DNA of 64,000 nt from assembly GCF_032444005.1 (NCBI RefSeq), contig NC_091289.1, forward strand, positions 123,256,001 through 123,320,000, in the 5' to 3' direction. Numbering within the stretch: the stretch's first letter is position 1; the number at the start of each line of letters is the position of its first letter. The notes under the pieces were generated by a model. That model was not told where the DNA came from. It searched no databases and worked only from the letters and a program-made list of their open reading frames with translations. Shown here piece by piece: positions 36,316 through 50,260 of this stretch. The DNA comes from Ranitomeya imitator (taxonomy: Eukaryota). Position numbers and translations under genes: made by a program.

Positions 36316-37375
36316 CCCTTCACCTCCTTGGGTTTTTCCATTTTTGAGTGTCCTTTTTTTGCTCCCCTTCTTCTCAGAGCCATGACTTTTTAATTTTTCA
36401 GTCAATATGGAGATGTGAGAGACTGTTTTTTGCAGGTTGAGTTTTAATTTGGAACGTCACCATTGGTTTTGCCATATAGTGCACTGGAAAATGGGAATAA
36501 AATTAAAAGTACGGTGAAATTGCAAAAAAAGTGCAATTCCACAATATTTTCTTACCATGTTCACTAAATTATAAAACTGACATGCCATTATGATTCTCCA
36601 GGTCATTACCAGTTCACAGACACCAAACATGTCTAGGTTCTTTTTTATTTAAGTGGTGAAAAAACAATCCAAAGTTTGCAAAAAAAATACTAAATCACCG
36701 TTTTCCTCCATTTTTTTTGTAATCTGGGGCTGGTTGAGGGATTATTTTTTATGTGCCGAGCTGACATTTTTATTCATACTATTTTAGTGTTAGATACCAT
36801 CTTTGATCTCCCGTTATTGCATTTTAATTTTTATCATTTTATCGCAAAGAACTGAATTCTGGCATTTTGATTTTTCTTTTATTACACCGTTTATAATCGG
36901 ATTAATTCTTTTTATGCATTGATAGATCAGTCGATTCTGAACCTGGCAATACCAAATATGTGTATTTTTTAAATTATTTTATTTTGAATGGGGCGAATGG
37001 GAGTGGCTTAAACTTTTGCAAGTATGTATTTTTTAAAAAACATTTTTTTTACATTTTTACTAGCATCAATAGTCTCCATGGGAGACTAGAAGCTGCGACC
37101 ATTTGATTGCCTGTGCTACACATAGCAGCGTTGCAGCCCTGCTGTGTGTGGCTTAAATGGTCACCTGCTATGAGTGCAGGCTGCAGCCAGGGTTTGTGAC
37201 GCACTTCCGGCACGATCATATTAAATGCCACTGTCAGAGATTGACAGCAGCATTTAACTTGTTAACAGCTGCGGGTGGACATGTGCCGGAAAAGTTGTGG
37301 GCTCATCGCCGGAGCCCGCTGTAAACGAGGGGAGGCAACCTTGGATGTACCTATACGTCCAAAGTCGGGAAGAGG
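36316..37375 (+). mobile_element. piggyBac-like non-autonomous element
   Basis: TTCA|CCCTTCACC ... GGGAAGAGG|TTAA; similar to 16934-17475. Confidence 0.5.
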
Positions 37376-38060
37376 TTAATATTATAATGTTATACACTGG
37401 GGGTCTCTACAGATACTACAGCATAATTAATGTAATATTTAAAAATATGAAAATTGTTATACTCACCCTTCGCTCACCTATCTGTAAGGTCCTCGCCACA
37501 TCTTCTGATCCCCTGCCACTTACATTGGAATCTGCCATCCCGTCACACTATGAATGGACTACCAGGTGTCATGGGTGTCTGGCATGGTCCTGTACTGGTG
37601 AGGTTGATGTCATCATCGTCATTATGTCACAACAGGCGCCGTGACCTTCTGCATGCATGCGCAGAACCTTCCTGGGGTGCCATGACACCTGGAAGTCTGG
37701 CACAGTATGGGAGGCCAGAAGACTCCATTGCAACTGGAGGAGATCAGAGCATGTGGTGAGGATTAGAAGGGTGGCGGTGAGTAACGGAGGGACTAAAGAA
37801 GTGAGCAGAAAGCTGAGTAGAATAATTATTTTTTTATTTTGTAACCTTTTGATGGCACATTATGGCTCAGAAAAATGGTGGCCAGGAGCCACCATTTTGG
37901 TGACTCTGTGTTGATACAAATGATATAAAAAAATCGACATTTTGATGAATATGACTTTTTGCAAAATTCGAGTACAATTCTATTCCACTCAAATTTATTC
38001 AGTCATCACTACCTGCAATTATTGTATTTAGTCCAGACAAATTTTGAAGAACCTCAGATC

Positions 38061-38273
38061 AATAATAATAATAATTATAATAATAATCTTTTATTTATAT
38101 AGCACCAACCTATTCTGCAGCGCTTTACAGTTTGTACACATTATCATCTTTGTCCCCGATGGGGCTCACAATCTAAATTCCCCATCAATTTGTCTTTGGA
38201 ATGTGGGAGGAAACCGGAGACCCGGAGGAAACCCACGCAAACACGGGGAGAACATACAAACTCCTTGTAGATG
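38061..38273 (-). mobile_element. V-SINE-like element with L2-type tail, 5' truncated
   Basis: GGAGGAAACCCACGCAAACACGGGGAGAACATACAAACTCC (reverse of a V-domain-like core) plus (ATT)n tail. Confidence 0.7.
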
Positions 38274-38999
38274 TACATTACAGTATATATGGCATAATGG
38301 CACCTCGGGAAGTTATTAGCCAAGAGGAAAGGTAAGAGAGGACAGAGCTGTGTACATGTTAATAATAGAAAATTATTTCTGAAAAAATTTGACTAATATA
38401 GTTAAAAAGTGATGCCACCAAAGTTGTGATAGAAAACTCATCTGTGTGGATGATAAGCAGTTATTGAAATTAGATTTGCAATTTTCACGAGATGTAATAT
38501 AATTTTTGCATTTTTATTCTTTAGCCTCCTTGAATTTGTCGACAACCGCGCAGTCATCCATGTCTTGCCAAATTTTCACAAAACTTCAACAGCACAGCTG
38601 CACCAACAGTGTGTTGACTAATGTGACAGAAAGCCATTCTCCACAGCTGGGAAACTTACACTATTTCAAGTGGAAAAGCAAGCATCTACTGATAACATCT
38701 GAAATGTGCCAGCTGCTTATATGAAAAGACCAAAAACTAGAGACGGAGGAAATGTTCACACACATGGTCAATAGTGAGGATTGCACAACACAATAACCTG
38801 ACATTTCACTGTAATATTTTGGTGTATCAACTATTATAAGTAACATGTACTAACCTAAATCTCATACACGCTGCTTTTTTTAAATCTTTTATCATATGCA
38901 TATATGTCATAACAAACTACAACAGCATATTTTACTTTTGATGGTCTATTGAGGGGTGGTCTCAGTTACACTTGCGTGGTCCTTGCTCTATTAATATTA

Positions 39000-40110
39000 A
39001 CATCTTGTCTCCACAGCTATTTTTCATTTTTTTTTTTGTTGCATTTTCTCTCTCGCCTTCGTTCTAGAGCCATAGCATTTTCATCTTTCTACCAGCATAG
39101 CTATATGTGGGTTTGTTTTTTGCAGGACATGTTGTCCATTTTTAAATATAATGTGTGAAAAAATGGAAAAAAGCCAAATGTGAGAAAATGGCAAAAACTG
39201 CAATCAAACCATTGTTTTTTGGGTTTTGTTTTTACAGTGTACATTGCAAAGTACGTAAAAATGACCCGGTAACATGATTTCTAAACAGAGAACAATTCCG
39301 GCACTATCAAACTTGTATATATTTCATTTTTTTAAGTGATGAAAAAAATTCAGAAGCTGGTGAAAAAAGAAGATTTTTTTTTTTTTGTCAAATTTTTTGC
39401 AAGGCTCATAACATTTAATGTTTCCTTCAATAAAACTTTGTTAAGGATAGATTTTTTGCACAGCGAGCTGGTGATTTTATTGATACCAACTCAGACTACA
39501 AAAAACATTTTAATCATTTTTTATTGCATTTTTATTAAGTAGGTGTTGAAGTGAAAAAACATCTCATAATTCTTGTGTTATGATTCTTTTTTTCTCATTT
39601 CAGCATTTACTGAGCGGGTTAATTAACTTGATATTTTGACTTACAAACTTTTACAGATGTGATGATACAAAATATATTTTATTTTTTCATTTCTTGATTT
39701 TCAATGGAAGTAAAAGAGGAGATTCAAATTCTTACATTTTTTCATTTTTTAAATCTTTTCATTTAATGTGTTAATTATTTGTTTTGTTCCTTTAAGGGAC
39801 TTAAACCTGAGATCGTATGATCAGCTACACAATATCTTAAAATACCATAGTATTGATGAATATTGTGAAAATCACGGTCTCCTATGAACCTCTGCCTATG
39901 AGTAAGTTCACATGAGCACCAATATAACAGCAATGGGAGTCTTCAGCAGGCCCCTGATTACCATAGTAACTTACAGGTTGCAAAGAGCCAATGGTGCGTG
40001 TGCAACGGTAACTTCTTCATTTAAATGCTGCAGTCAGGGATTGACAGTGGCATCTAAATGGTTAAAAGCAGTGATCAGAGCTTAGCTCCATCTGCGGCTG
40101 TTATAGAAAG
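39000..40110 (+). mobile_element. Older piggyBac-like MITE copy
   Basis: Degenerate similarity to 36316-37375 (e.g. GGGATTGACAGTGGCATCTAAATGGTTAA). Confidence 0.4.
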
Positions 40111-41777
40111 ATGCCAACTATGAAAAGAGACAAACAAAAGGATCAGGATGGGAGAACACATGCTTTAGCTCTCCATTAGATACAGTTGGCCTTAAAATTT
40201 TACATACCCTCTCAGAATTTTTGCTTTCTTGGCTTTTTTTTTCAGAGAACATGAATGATTACACTAAAACTTTTTCTCCACTCATGTTTAGTTGTTGGGT
40301 GAAGCCATTTATTGTCAAACTACTGTGTTTTCTCTTTTTAAATCATAATGACAACCCAAAACATCCAAATGACCCTGATGAAAAGTTTACATACCCCATT
40401 TCTTAATACCATGTATTGTGCACTCTCGTGGACAATGTAAGGGAGCTCTCAGTAGATACTACGTTACTAATGTACCCCATCCTGGCTGACCCTATATTCT
40501 TCGCTCTCATCTCCAGGTCTGGCAAACTCTGTGACCTTCTTTAGCTCTTCCAGATTATGAGCCTCAACTTGCCTGCTATGAGGAACCTCTTGTCCAACTA
40601 TGGGCCGGCCCTACAGTTAACCCTGTGACCCCTGAGTAACATGAACTGCGGTGTCCATGAGGATAAAAACATGCAATACAATACATGAGGTGTTAGCTAT
40701 CTTCTCCACCTTTAAATACAGACTGCTAAATATTTTAAAACATTCTTGTGGTCAGCATATGACCCTGCAAGAACATTTTAAAATGTCTATGCTGATTCAG
40801 TTGCTTTGTAAAGATCAAGAAGCTTTTAGATGGAGACCCACAGCCAAATTACCCACAAAGAAGGAAAAGATGGTTTATTAGCATCTCTTCCTTCCTAATT
40901 GCTGTAAACGCATCGCTCTGTGAGTGCTGTGTGTACTGTTCATGAAATAATAGTCATAATTATAGATCTTCTTCCTCACTCCCTAGCAATAATGGGATTG
41001 CCTGGAGGATGCAGGTGCTTCAGGGTCTTTGCATACCCAGATCTGGAGGCTACAATTACTCTGTAACTTTGGCTTATATATAAGTCAACAAAAGTTATGA
41101 AGGATATCAGCAATAGAAAAATATATGATTCAATGGTTAACTTCTACACAGTATATCAGTATATGGAACAAATAAAACAGTTTAGTAAAAAAAAATCAAA
41201 TAATTAAAATATAAAAATCCACTGCTAATCCAAACTGCAATTTCTGTCTGACCAAAAAAATTACATATACTCACTAGTACTTTGTGAAAATGTGAATAAC
41301 ATATACATAAGGATATGAGATTGTCCCGAACACTATGGCTGGAGCATAGTAGTGCTAAGAGGTGAAAAGGTTAGGTTAGTTTGGGCAGTGCTTCAAAGCA
41401 ATAAACCTTATCATAGCAAATAAAATAAAACCTACTAATGATGTTTAACAAGATTTCTTTTAGTCTGGCAATTCTTCTTTTCTGTAAAAACAATGTTTAC
41501 CTTTCATTTTGAAAATTTACTCCCTTAAGAGTCCTAATAACTGAGGCTTTTGGAAGTAGGAGAAAGTCCCCCTCTTAAGAGTTACACGTTTTATAGATGG
41601 GGTAGGATATAGAGCCCAATGACATAATGCTTCTCTTCATGACTAGAGGATTCCTAAAAGAAGTGACATACTTAGAGGTGTGGGGGACTGGTTTCAAGTG
41701 GCCTCATAATCCACCTGGAATGAGTTTTACTGCTATGTGTGTACACACACCTGTCACTGTATTGCTCAAAATATAAG

Positions 41778-42122
41778 GCCTGTGTACTACCAACTTCTTT
41801 CAAAGTGCTCATTCACTCGTTCAATTTCTCTACAAACAAGGAAAATAGACCAATTTTTCTGATCAGACTTTGAGCAGAGTTTGATCAGAGTGAGGTCCAA
41901 TGTCATCCAAGTGTGATCCAATTTTTTCATGGACCCATTGACTTACATTGCTGATTTTGATCCGACCCTCAGATCAAAATTAGATATGTCCCTGATATTA
42001 TTGGTAGACCACTCGGTCTGAAGAAAAAATCTGACATTCGCAAAGCCTAATAGCATATAATAGGTACAAGTGCTATCCGAGATACCACTCGTATAGAAAA
42101 TCGGACTTGTGAAGGAGTCCTA
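41778..42122. mobile_element. Old Harbinger-type MITE
   Basis: AGGCC... / ...TTGTGAAGGAGTCCT|AA ends; GATCAGAGTG motifs shared with 33357-33748. Confidence 0.35.
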
Positions 42123-42374
42123 AGACCTCATAGTTTTCTGGTGAACTTTTATGGGACATAAGAATATATTTTCCCAATATGTCCTCTCAAGTAAACCAAT
42201 ATATGTATTATCCACAATTCCAAGGAAAAAAGAAGACAGCACCGCTAATACTGCTGAGTCTACATGTATGTGTCACAGGTATGGTAAACAATTGCGAGCT
42301 ATACCTTAAGATTCCGGGTCCTCCTCCAGAAGAAACATGATGATGAACTCCATTGAAGAAAGAAAATGGATAGC

Positions 42375-42590
42375 ACTCACCGATCCTTAAAACATTCCAT
42401 GTTTTATTAAAAAATGGTTAAAACTTCATGGCCAGGAGAGTGAGGACGGATTGACCCATATAAGCGCTGTTTTTAGCGCGAAACGGCCATCATCAGCACC
42501 TGCTATTGCACACTTCCATCCTCACTCTCCTGGCCATGATGTTTTAACCGTTTTTGAATAAAATGAGGAACATTTTAAGGATAGGTGAGT
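42375..42590. repeat. Fold-back (76-bp arms) with a hammerhead-like motif in the loop
   Basis: Arms 42375-42450 / 42514-42590; loop contains GCGCT-GTTTT-T-AGCGC-GAAAC-GGCC-ATC. Confidence 0.7.
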
Positions 42591-42771
42591 TGGGTTGGTG
42601 GATCCCACCCGGTGTGCTCTGCCTTGGTGCCTTGCATTGGTAAGTGCTGCTACTTTATATATTAAAAATTCCTCTTTCTTCCTTATGCCACTGGGCACTG
42701 TTAATATATTGGTGCAATTATTCACGTGCACCTATAGCAGTACATTCTAACTATATGCTTGCACACTGGAA

Positions 42772-43349
42772 CAGAGAAATTTAACAAAGGAAAAAGGCAG
42801 CCCCCCACATATAATGACTTTGAGTTAAGATGAAAATACAAACACAGAGATGAAATAGATTTTAGCAAAGTGAGGCCCGACTTACTGAATAGACCGAGGA
42901 TAGGAAAGATAGCTTTGCGGTCAGCACAAAAACCTACAAACAACCACGCAGACGGGGCAAAAAGACCCTCCGCACTGACTAACGGTACGGAGGTGCTCCC
43001 TCTGCGTCTCAGAGCTTCCAGCAAGCAAGAAAAACCAATATAGCAAGCTGGACAGAAAATATAGCAAACAAAAGTAACACAAGCAAAACTTAGCTTATGC
43101 AGGGCAGACAGGCCACAAGAACGATCCAGGAGAGAGCAAGACCAATACTGGAACATTGACTGGAGGCCAGGAACAAAGAACTAGGTGGAGTTAAATAGAG
43201 CAGCACCTAACGACTTAACCTCGTCACCTGAGGAAGGAAACTCAGAAGCCGCAGCCCCACTCACATCCACCAGAGGAAGCTCATAGACAGAACCAGCCGA
43301 AGTACCACTCATGACCACAGGAGGGAGCTTGACCACAGAATTCACAACA
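42772..43349 (-). mobile_element. Partial LTR of the chromoviral family, 3' part missing
   Basis: Reverse complement begins TGTTGTGAATTCTGTGG and aligns with the LTRs of elements 1 and 2. Confidence 0.9.
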
Positions 43350-43644
43350 GATGTCCACTTATGCTTTGTTTTAACCATCCTTGAGCACTATATATCTTTT
43401 GTACTATTGCATTGTTATTATTTGCATGTTGCACTTATATATGTAATTTAATAAAGCATTGTTACCCTTTTTGATTTCCTTTATGCTCCTTGCGTACTCC
43501 TTGTTTACATCTGGAAGATGCGCCTATTCTGGCACTTGGCCACTCTCTTCCCACTCCCGTGTAGTGGTGGGATACGGGGTAATGAAGGGTTAATGTCACC
43601 TTGCTATTGTAAGGTGAAATTAAGCCAGATTAATAATGGAGAGG

Positions 43645-46600
43645 TGTTGTGAATTCAGTTGTCGGGCTCCCTCCTGTGGTCATGAATGGTACTTCGGCTG
43701 GTTCTGTCCATGGACTTCCTCTGGTGGGTGTTTCTGAGTTTCCTTCCACAGGTGACGAGGTTAATTCGTTAGCTGGCTGCTCTATTTAACTCCACTTAGA
43801 TCTTTGCTCCATGCCACCTGTCAATGTTCCAGTATTGTTCTCTCCTGGATCGTTCTTGTGACCTGTCTTCCCAGCAGAAGCTAAGTTCCTGCTTGTATTT
43901 TCTTTGGTTTGCTATTTTTCTGTCCAGCTTGCTATTTTTATTGTTGCTTGCTGGAAGCTCTGGGACGCAGAGGGAGCGCCTCCACACCGTGAGTCGGTGT
44001 GGAGGGTCTTTTTGCGCCCTCTGCGTGGTCTTTTTGTAGGTTTTTGTGCTGACCACAAAGCAACCTTTCCTATCCTCAGTCTGTTCAGTAAGTCGGGCCT
44101 CACTTTGCTAAATCTATTTCATCTCTGTGTTTGTATTTTCATCTTTACTCACAGTCATTATATGTGGGGGGCTGCCTTTTCCTTTGGGGAATTTCTCTGA
44201 GGCAAGGTAGGCTTTATTTTTCTATCTTCAGGGCTAGCTAGTTCCTTAGGCTGTGCTGAGTTGCATAGGGAGCGTTAGGAGCAATCCACGGCTATTTCTA
44301 GTGTGTGTGATAGGATTAGGGATTGCGGTCAGCAGAGTTCCCACGTCCCAGAGCTCGTCATTTATTATCAGTAACTATCAGGTCATTCCGTGTGCTCTTA
44401 ACCACCAGGTCCATTATTGTCCTGACCACCAGGTCATAACAGTACATGTGGCCCAAAGTACTAATGCATCTCAATAGAGGGATAAGAGAAGTTCTGAGAC
44501 CATTTTTTTTTCTTTGCAGTGTGCTTTGTCTCTCTTTTCCCCTTTACCTCTGGGTGGTTCAGGACACAGGTGTAAACATGGACATTCAAGGTCTGTCCTC
44601 TTGGATGGATAATCTCACTACAAGGGTACAAAGCATTCAAGATTTTGTGGTTCAGAATCCGATGTCAGAACCTAGGATTCCAATTCCTGATTTGTTTTTT
44701 GGTGATAGATCTAAGTTCTTGAATTTCAAAAATAATTGTAAATTGTTTCTTGCCTTGAAACCTCGCTCCTCAGGTGACCCTGTTCAACAAGTAAAGATCA
44801 TTATTTCTTTGTTACGTGGTGACCCTCAAGACTGGGCATTTTCCCTTGCGCCAGGAGATCCGGCATTGCGTGATGTTGATGCGTTTTTCCTGGCGCTTGG
44901 ATTGCTTTATGACGAACCTAATTCAGTGGATCAGGCAGAGAAAATCTTGCTGGCTCTGTGTCAGGGTCAGGATGAAGCGGAGATATATTGTCAGAAGTTT
45001 AGAAAGTGGTCTGTGCTCACTCAGTGGAATGAATGTGCCCTGGCAGCAATCTTCAGAATGGGTCTCTCTGAAGCCCTTAAGGATGTCATGGTGGGATTTC
45101 CCATGCCTGCTGGTCTGAATGAGTCTATGTCTTTGGCCATTCAGATCGATCGACGCTTGCATGAGCGTAAAGCTGTGCACCATTTGGCGGTACTATCTGA
45201 GCATGGGCCTGAGCCTATGCAATGTGATAGGACTTTGACCAGAGCTGAACGGCAAGAACACAGACGTCGGAATGGGCTATGTTTTTACTGTGGTGATTCC
45301 ACTCATGTTATCTCCGATTGTCCTAAGCGCACTGAGCGGTTCGCTAGGTCTGCCACCATTGGTACGGTACAGTCTAAATTTCTATTGTCCGTTACTCTGA
45401 TTTGCTCTTTGTCATCCTATTCTGTTATGGCATTTGTGGATTCAGGCGCTGCCCTGAATTTCATGGACTTGGAGTATGCTAGGTGCTGTGGGTTTTTCTT
45501 GGAGCCCTTGCAGTATCCTACTCCATTGAGAGGAATTGATGCTACGCCTTTGGCCAAGAATAAGCCTCAGTACTGGACCCAATTGACCATGTGCATGGCT
45601 CCCGCACATCATGAGGATATACGCTTTCTGGTGTTGCATAATCTGCTTGATGTGGTCGTTTTGGGGTTGCCATGGCTACAGGTTCATAATCCAGTATTGG
45701 ACTGGAAATCTATGTCTGTGTCCAGCTGGGGTTGCCAGGGGGTACATGGTGATGTTCCATTTTTGTCTATTTCGTCTTCCACTCCTTCTGAAGTTCCAGA
45801 GTTTTTGTCGGATTATCGGGATGTATTTGATGAGCCCAAAGCCAGTGCCCTACCTCCTCATAGGGATTGCGATTGTGCAATTAATTTGATTCCTGGTAGT
45901 AAGTTTCCTAAGGGCCGATTGTTCAATTTATCTGTGCCAGAACACGCCGTTATGCGGAGTTATGTAAAGGAATCCTTGGAGAAAGGCCATATTCGCCCGT
46001 CGTCATCACCGTTAGGAGCAGGGTTCTTTTTTGTGGCCAAGAAGGATGGTTCTTTGAGACCTTGTATTGATTACCGCCTTCTTAATAAAATTACAGTCAA
46101 ATTTCAGTATCCTTCGCCGTTGCTGTCTGATTTGTTTGCTCCTATTAAAGGGGCTAGTTGGTTCACCAAGATAGATCTTCGAGGGGCATATAATCTTGTG
46201 CGTATTAAACAAGGCGATGAATGGAAAACAGCATTTAATACGCCCGAGGGCCATTTTGAGAACCTGGTTATGCCATTCGGGCTTTCCAATGCTCCATCAG
46301 TATTTCAGTCCTTTATGCATGACATCTTCCGAGAGTACCTGGATAAATTCCTGATTGTATACTTGGATGATATTTTGGTCTTTTCGGATGATTGGGAGTC
46401 TCATGTGAAGCAGGTCAGAATGGTGTTCCAGGTCCTTCTTGCGAATTCCTTGTTTGTGAAGGGGTCAAAGTGTCTCTTTGGAGTTCAGAAGGTTTCATTT
46501 TTGGGGTTCATTTTTTCCCCTTCTACTATCGAGATGGACCCTGTTAAAGTCCAGGCCATTTACGATTGGACTCAGCCGACAGCTGTGAAGAGCCTGCAAA

Positions 46601-49440
46601 AGTTCCTGGGCTTTGCTAATTTTTATCGGCGCTTCATCACTAATTTTTCTAGTGTTGCTAAACCATTGACTGATTTGACCAAAAAGGGTGCTGATGTGGT
46701 CAATTGGTCTTCTGCAGCTGTAGAGGCTTTTCAGGAGTTGAAGCGTCGTTTTTCTTGTGCCCCTGTGTTGTGCCAGCCAGATGTTTCGCTCCCGTTTCAG
46801 GTTGAAGTTGATGCTTCTGAGTTTGGAGCAGGGGCTGTTTTGTCGCAAGGAAGTTCTGATGGCTCGGTGATGAAGCCATGTGCTTTCTTTTCTAGAAAGT
46901 TTTCGCCTGCTGAGAGTAATTATGATGTTGGTAATCGAGAGTTGTTAGCCATGAAGTGGGCATTCGAGGAGTGGCGTCATTGGCTTGAAGGAGCCAAGCA
47001 TCGCGTGGTGGTCTTGACAGATCACAAGAATTTGACTTATCTTGAGTCTGCCAAACGGTTGAAGACAGGCTCGATGGTCGCTATTTTTCTCCCGTTTTGA
47101 TTTTGTGGTTTCATACCTTCCGGGCTCTAAGAATGTGAAGGCTGATGCCCTGTCAAGGAGTTTTGTGCCTAACTCTCTGGGTGTTCCTGAGCCGGCGGTT
47201 ATTCTCAAAGAGGGGGTAATTTTGTCTGCCATCTCCCCTGATTTGCGGCGGGTGCTGCAAAAATTTCAGGCTGATAGACCTGACCGTTGCCCAGCGGAGA
47301 AACTGTTTGTCCCTGATAGATGGACTAGTAGAGTTATCTCTGAGATTCATTGTTCAGTGTTGGCTGGGCATCCTGGAATCTTTGGTACCAGAGATTTGGT
47401 GGCTAGATCCTTTTGGTGGCCTTCTTTGTCACGGGATGTGCGTTCTTTTGTGCAGTCCTGTGGGGCTTGTGCTAGGGCTAAGCCCTGCTGTTCTCGTGCC
47501 AGTGGGTTGCTTTTGCCCTTGCCGGTCCCGAAGAGGCCCTGGACGCATATTTCTATGGATTTTATTTCAGATCTCCCCGTCTCTCAAAAGATGTCGGTCA
47601 TTTGGGTGGTTTGTGATCGCTTTTCTAAGATGGTCCATTTGGTACCTTTGTCTAAATTGCCTTCCTCCTCTGATTTGGTGCCATTATTTTTCCAGCATAT
47701 GGTTCGTTTACATGGTATCCCGGAGAACATCGTTTCTGACAGAGGTTCCCAGTTTGTTTCGAGGTTTTGGCGATCCTTTTGTGCTAGGATGGGCATTGAT
47801 TTGTCTTTTTCCTCGGCTTTCCATCCTCAGACAAATGGCCAAACCGAACGAACTAATCAAACTTTGGAAACATATCTGAGATGCTTTGTTTCTGCTGATC
47901 AGGATGATTGGGTGTCCTTTTTGCCGTTGGCTGAGTTCGCCCTTAATAATCGGGCCAGCTCGGCTACTTTGGTTTCGCCGTTTTTCTGCAATTCTGGTTT
48001 CCATCCTCGTTTCTCTTCAGGGCAGGTTGAGTCTTCGGACTGTCCTGGTGTAGATACTGTGGTGGATAGGTTGCAGCAGATTTGGACTCATGTGGTGGAC
48101 AATTTGACATTGTCCCAGGAGAAGGCTCAACGTTTCACTAACCGCCGGCGCTGTGTGGGTCCCCAACTTCGTGTTGGGGATTTGGTTTGGTTGTCGTCCC
48201 GTTATGTTCCTATGAAGGTTTCCTCTCCTAAGTTTAAGCCTCGTTTCATTGGTCCGTATAAGATTTCTGAGGTTATCAATCCTGTGTCATTTCGTTTGGC
48301 CCTTCCTGCTTCTTTTGCCATCCATAATGTGTTCCATAGGTCGTTATTGTGGAGATACGTGGCGCCTGTGGTTCCATCCGTTGATCCTCCTGCCCCGGTG
48401 TTGGTTGAGGGGGAGTTGGAGTATGTGGTGGAGAAGATTTTGGATTCTCGTATTTCAAGACGGAAACTCCAGTACCTGGTCAAGTGGAAGGGTTATGGTC
48501 AGGAAGATAATTCCTGGGTTTTTACCTCTGATGTTCATGCTGCCGATCTGGTTTGTGCCTTTCATTTGGCTCATCCTGGTCGGCCTGGGGGCTCTGGTGA
48601 GGGTTTGGTGACCCCTCCTCAAGGGGGGGTACTGTTGTGAATTCTGTTGTCGGGCTCCCTCCTGTGGTCATGAATGGTACTTCGGCTGGTTCTGTCCATG
48701 GACTTCCTCTGGTGGGTGTTTCTGAGTTTCCTTCCACTGGTGACGAGGTTAATTCGTTAGCTGGCTGCTCTATTTAACTCCACTTTGATCTTTGCTCCAT
48801 GCCACCTGTCAATGTTCCAGTATTGGTCTAGTTCTCTCCTGGATCGTTTTTGTGACCTGTCTTCCCAGCAGAAGCTAAGTTCCTGCTTGTATTTTCTTTG
48901 GTTTGCTATTTTTCTGTCCAGCTTGCTATTTTTATTGTTGTCTTGCTTGCTGGAAGCTCTGGGACGCAGAGGGAGCGCCTCCGCACCGTGAGTCGGTGCG
49001 GAGGGTCTTTTTGCGCCCTCTGCGTGGTCTTTTTGTAGGTTTTTGTGCTGACCGCAAAGCAACCTTTCCTATCCTCAGTCTGTTCAGTAAGTCGGGTCTC
49101 ACTTTGCTAAATCTATTTCATCTCTGTGTTTGTATTTTCATCTTTACTCACAGTCATTATATGTGGGGGGCTGCCTTTTCCTTTGGGGAATTTCTCTGAG
49201 GCAAGGTAGGCTTTATTTTTCTATCTTCAGGGCTAGCTAGTTCCTTAAGCTGTGCCGAGTTGCATAGGGAGCGTTAGGAGCAATCCACGGCTATTTCTAG
49301 TGTGTGTGATAGGATTAGGGATTGCGGTCAGCAGAGTTCCCACGTCCCAGAGCTCGTCCTTTATTATCAGTAACTATCAGGTCATTCCGTGTGCTCTTAA
49401 CCACCAGGTCCATTATTGTCCTGATCACCAGGTCATAACA
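43645..49440 (+). mobile_element. Full-length sushi/Tf1-type chromoviral Gypsy element (element 2, sister subfamily of element 1)
   Basis: LTRs 43645-44441 and 48633-49440; GAGAGG duplicated on both sides; 7-G PPT. Confidence 0.97.
44578..48640 (+). pseudogene. Gag-Pol with chromodomain; frameshift from a 5-bp deletion at ~47062
   Basis: TTGAAGACAGG vs TTGAATCCTAGACAGG in element 1; ORFs 44446-47100 and 47105-48640 carry all domains. Confidence 0.95.
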
Positions 49441-49467
49441 GAGAGGCGTCAATTATGACACCTATCC

Positions 49468-50260
49468 TGTTATGATGCGGTAGTCGAGGAGCACCATGGA
49501 ATGAGCTCTGAAGGAAGTGGTAACTGTACTGACCGCAGTCCCTAAGCTCAACACAACACTAGAAGTAGCCGTGGAATGCTCCTAACACTCCCTAGGCATC
49601 TCGTCACAGCCTAAGAGCTAACTACCCCTAAAGACAGAAGCAGGAAAACTATCTTGCCTCAGAGAAAATCCCCAAAGAATAGATTAGCCCCACAAATAAT
49701 GACTGTGAGTGGAGAGGGAAAAGACATACACAGAATGAAACCAGGATGAGCACAGGAGGCCAGTCTAGCTTGATAGATAGGACAGGATGGAATACTGTGG
49801 GGTCAGTATAAAACACTAAAATCCACGCAGAGTTTACAAAAAAATCTCCACACCTGACTAAAGGTGTGGAGGGTAAATCTGCTTCCCAGAGCTTCCAGCA
49901 AGACAGAATTAATTCATACTGATAACGCTGGACAAACATAGAAAGCACTGAACGGATAAGTCCACAATCTGTGAACAGAAAAGCGCAAGCAAAAGCTTAG
50001 CTTTGCAGAACTGGTCAGGATAAAAGGGAAATCCAAAGAGATGTGAATCCAACCAGGAACCATTTACAAGTGGCACTGGCTGAAGAAAGAGCCAGGCCTA
50101 AATAGCTGAGCAGAAGAGACGATAAGTGGAGGCAGCTGATGACAGCTAACTCCAAGGAGCAGCCATACCAATTGAAACCACAAGATGGAGCCCAAGAGCA
50201 GAACTCACAAAAGTGCCACTTACAACCACCGGAGGGAGCTCAAGAGCGGAATTCACAACA
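49468..50260 (-). mobile_element. Solo LTR of a third related subfamily
   Basis: 793 bp, TG...CA, reverse complement starts TGTTGTGAATTCC; CTATCC duplicated at 49462-49467 and 50261-50266. Confidence 0.92.

Noticed and set aside
38520-38830. Acceptor-like site followed by short open frames
   Set aside because: Stops within 35 codons and no donor support.
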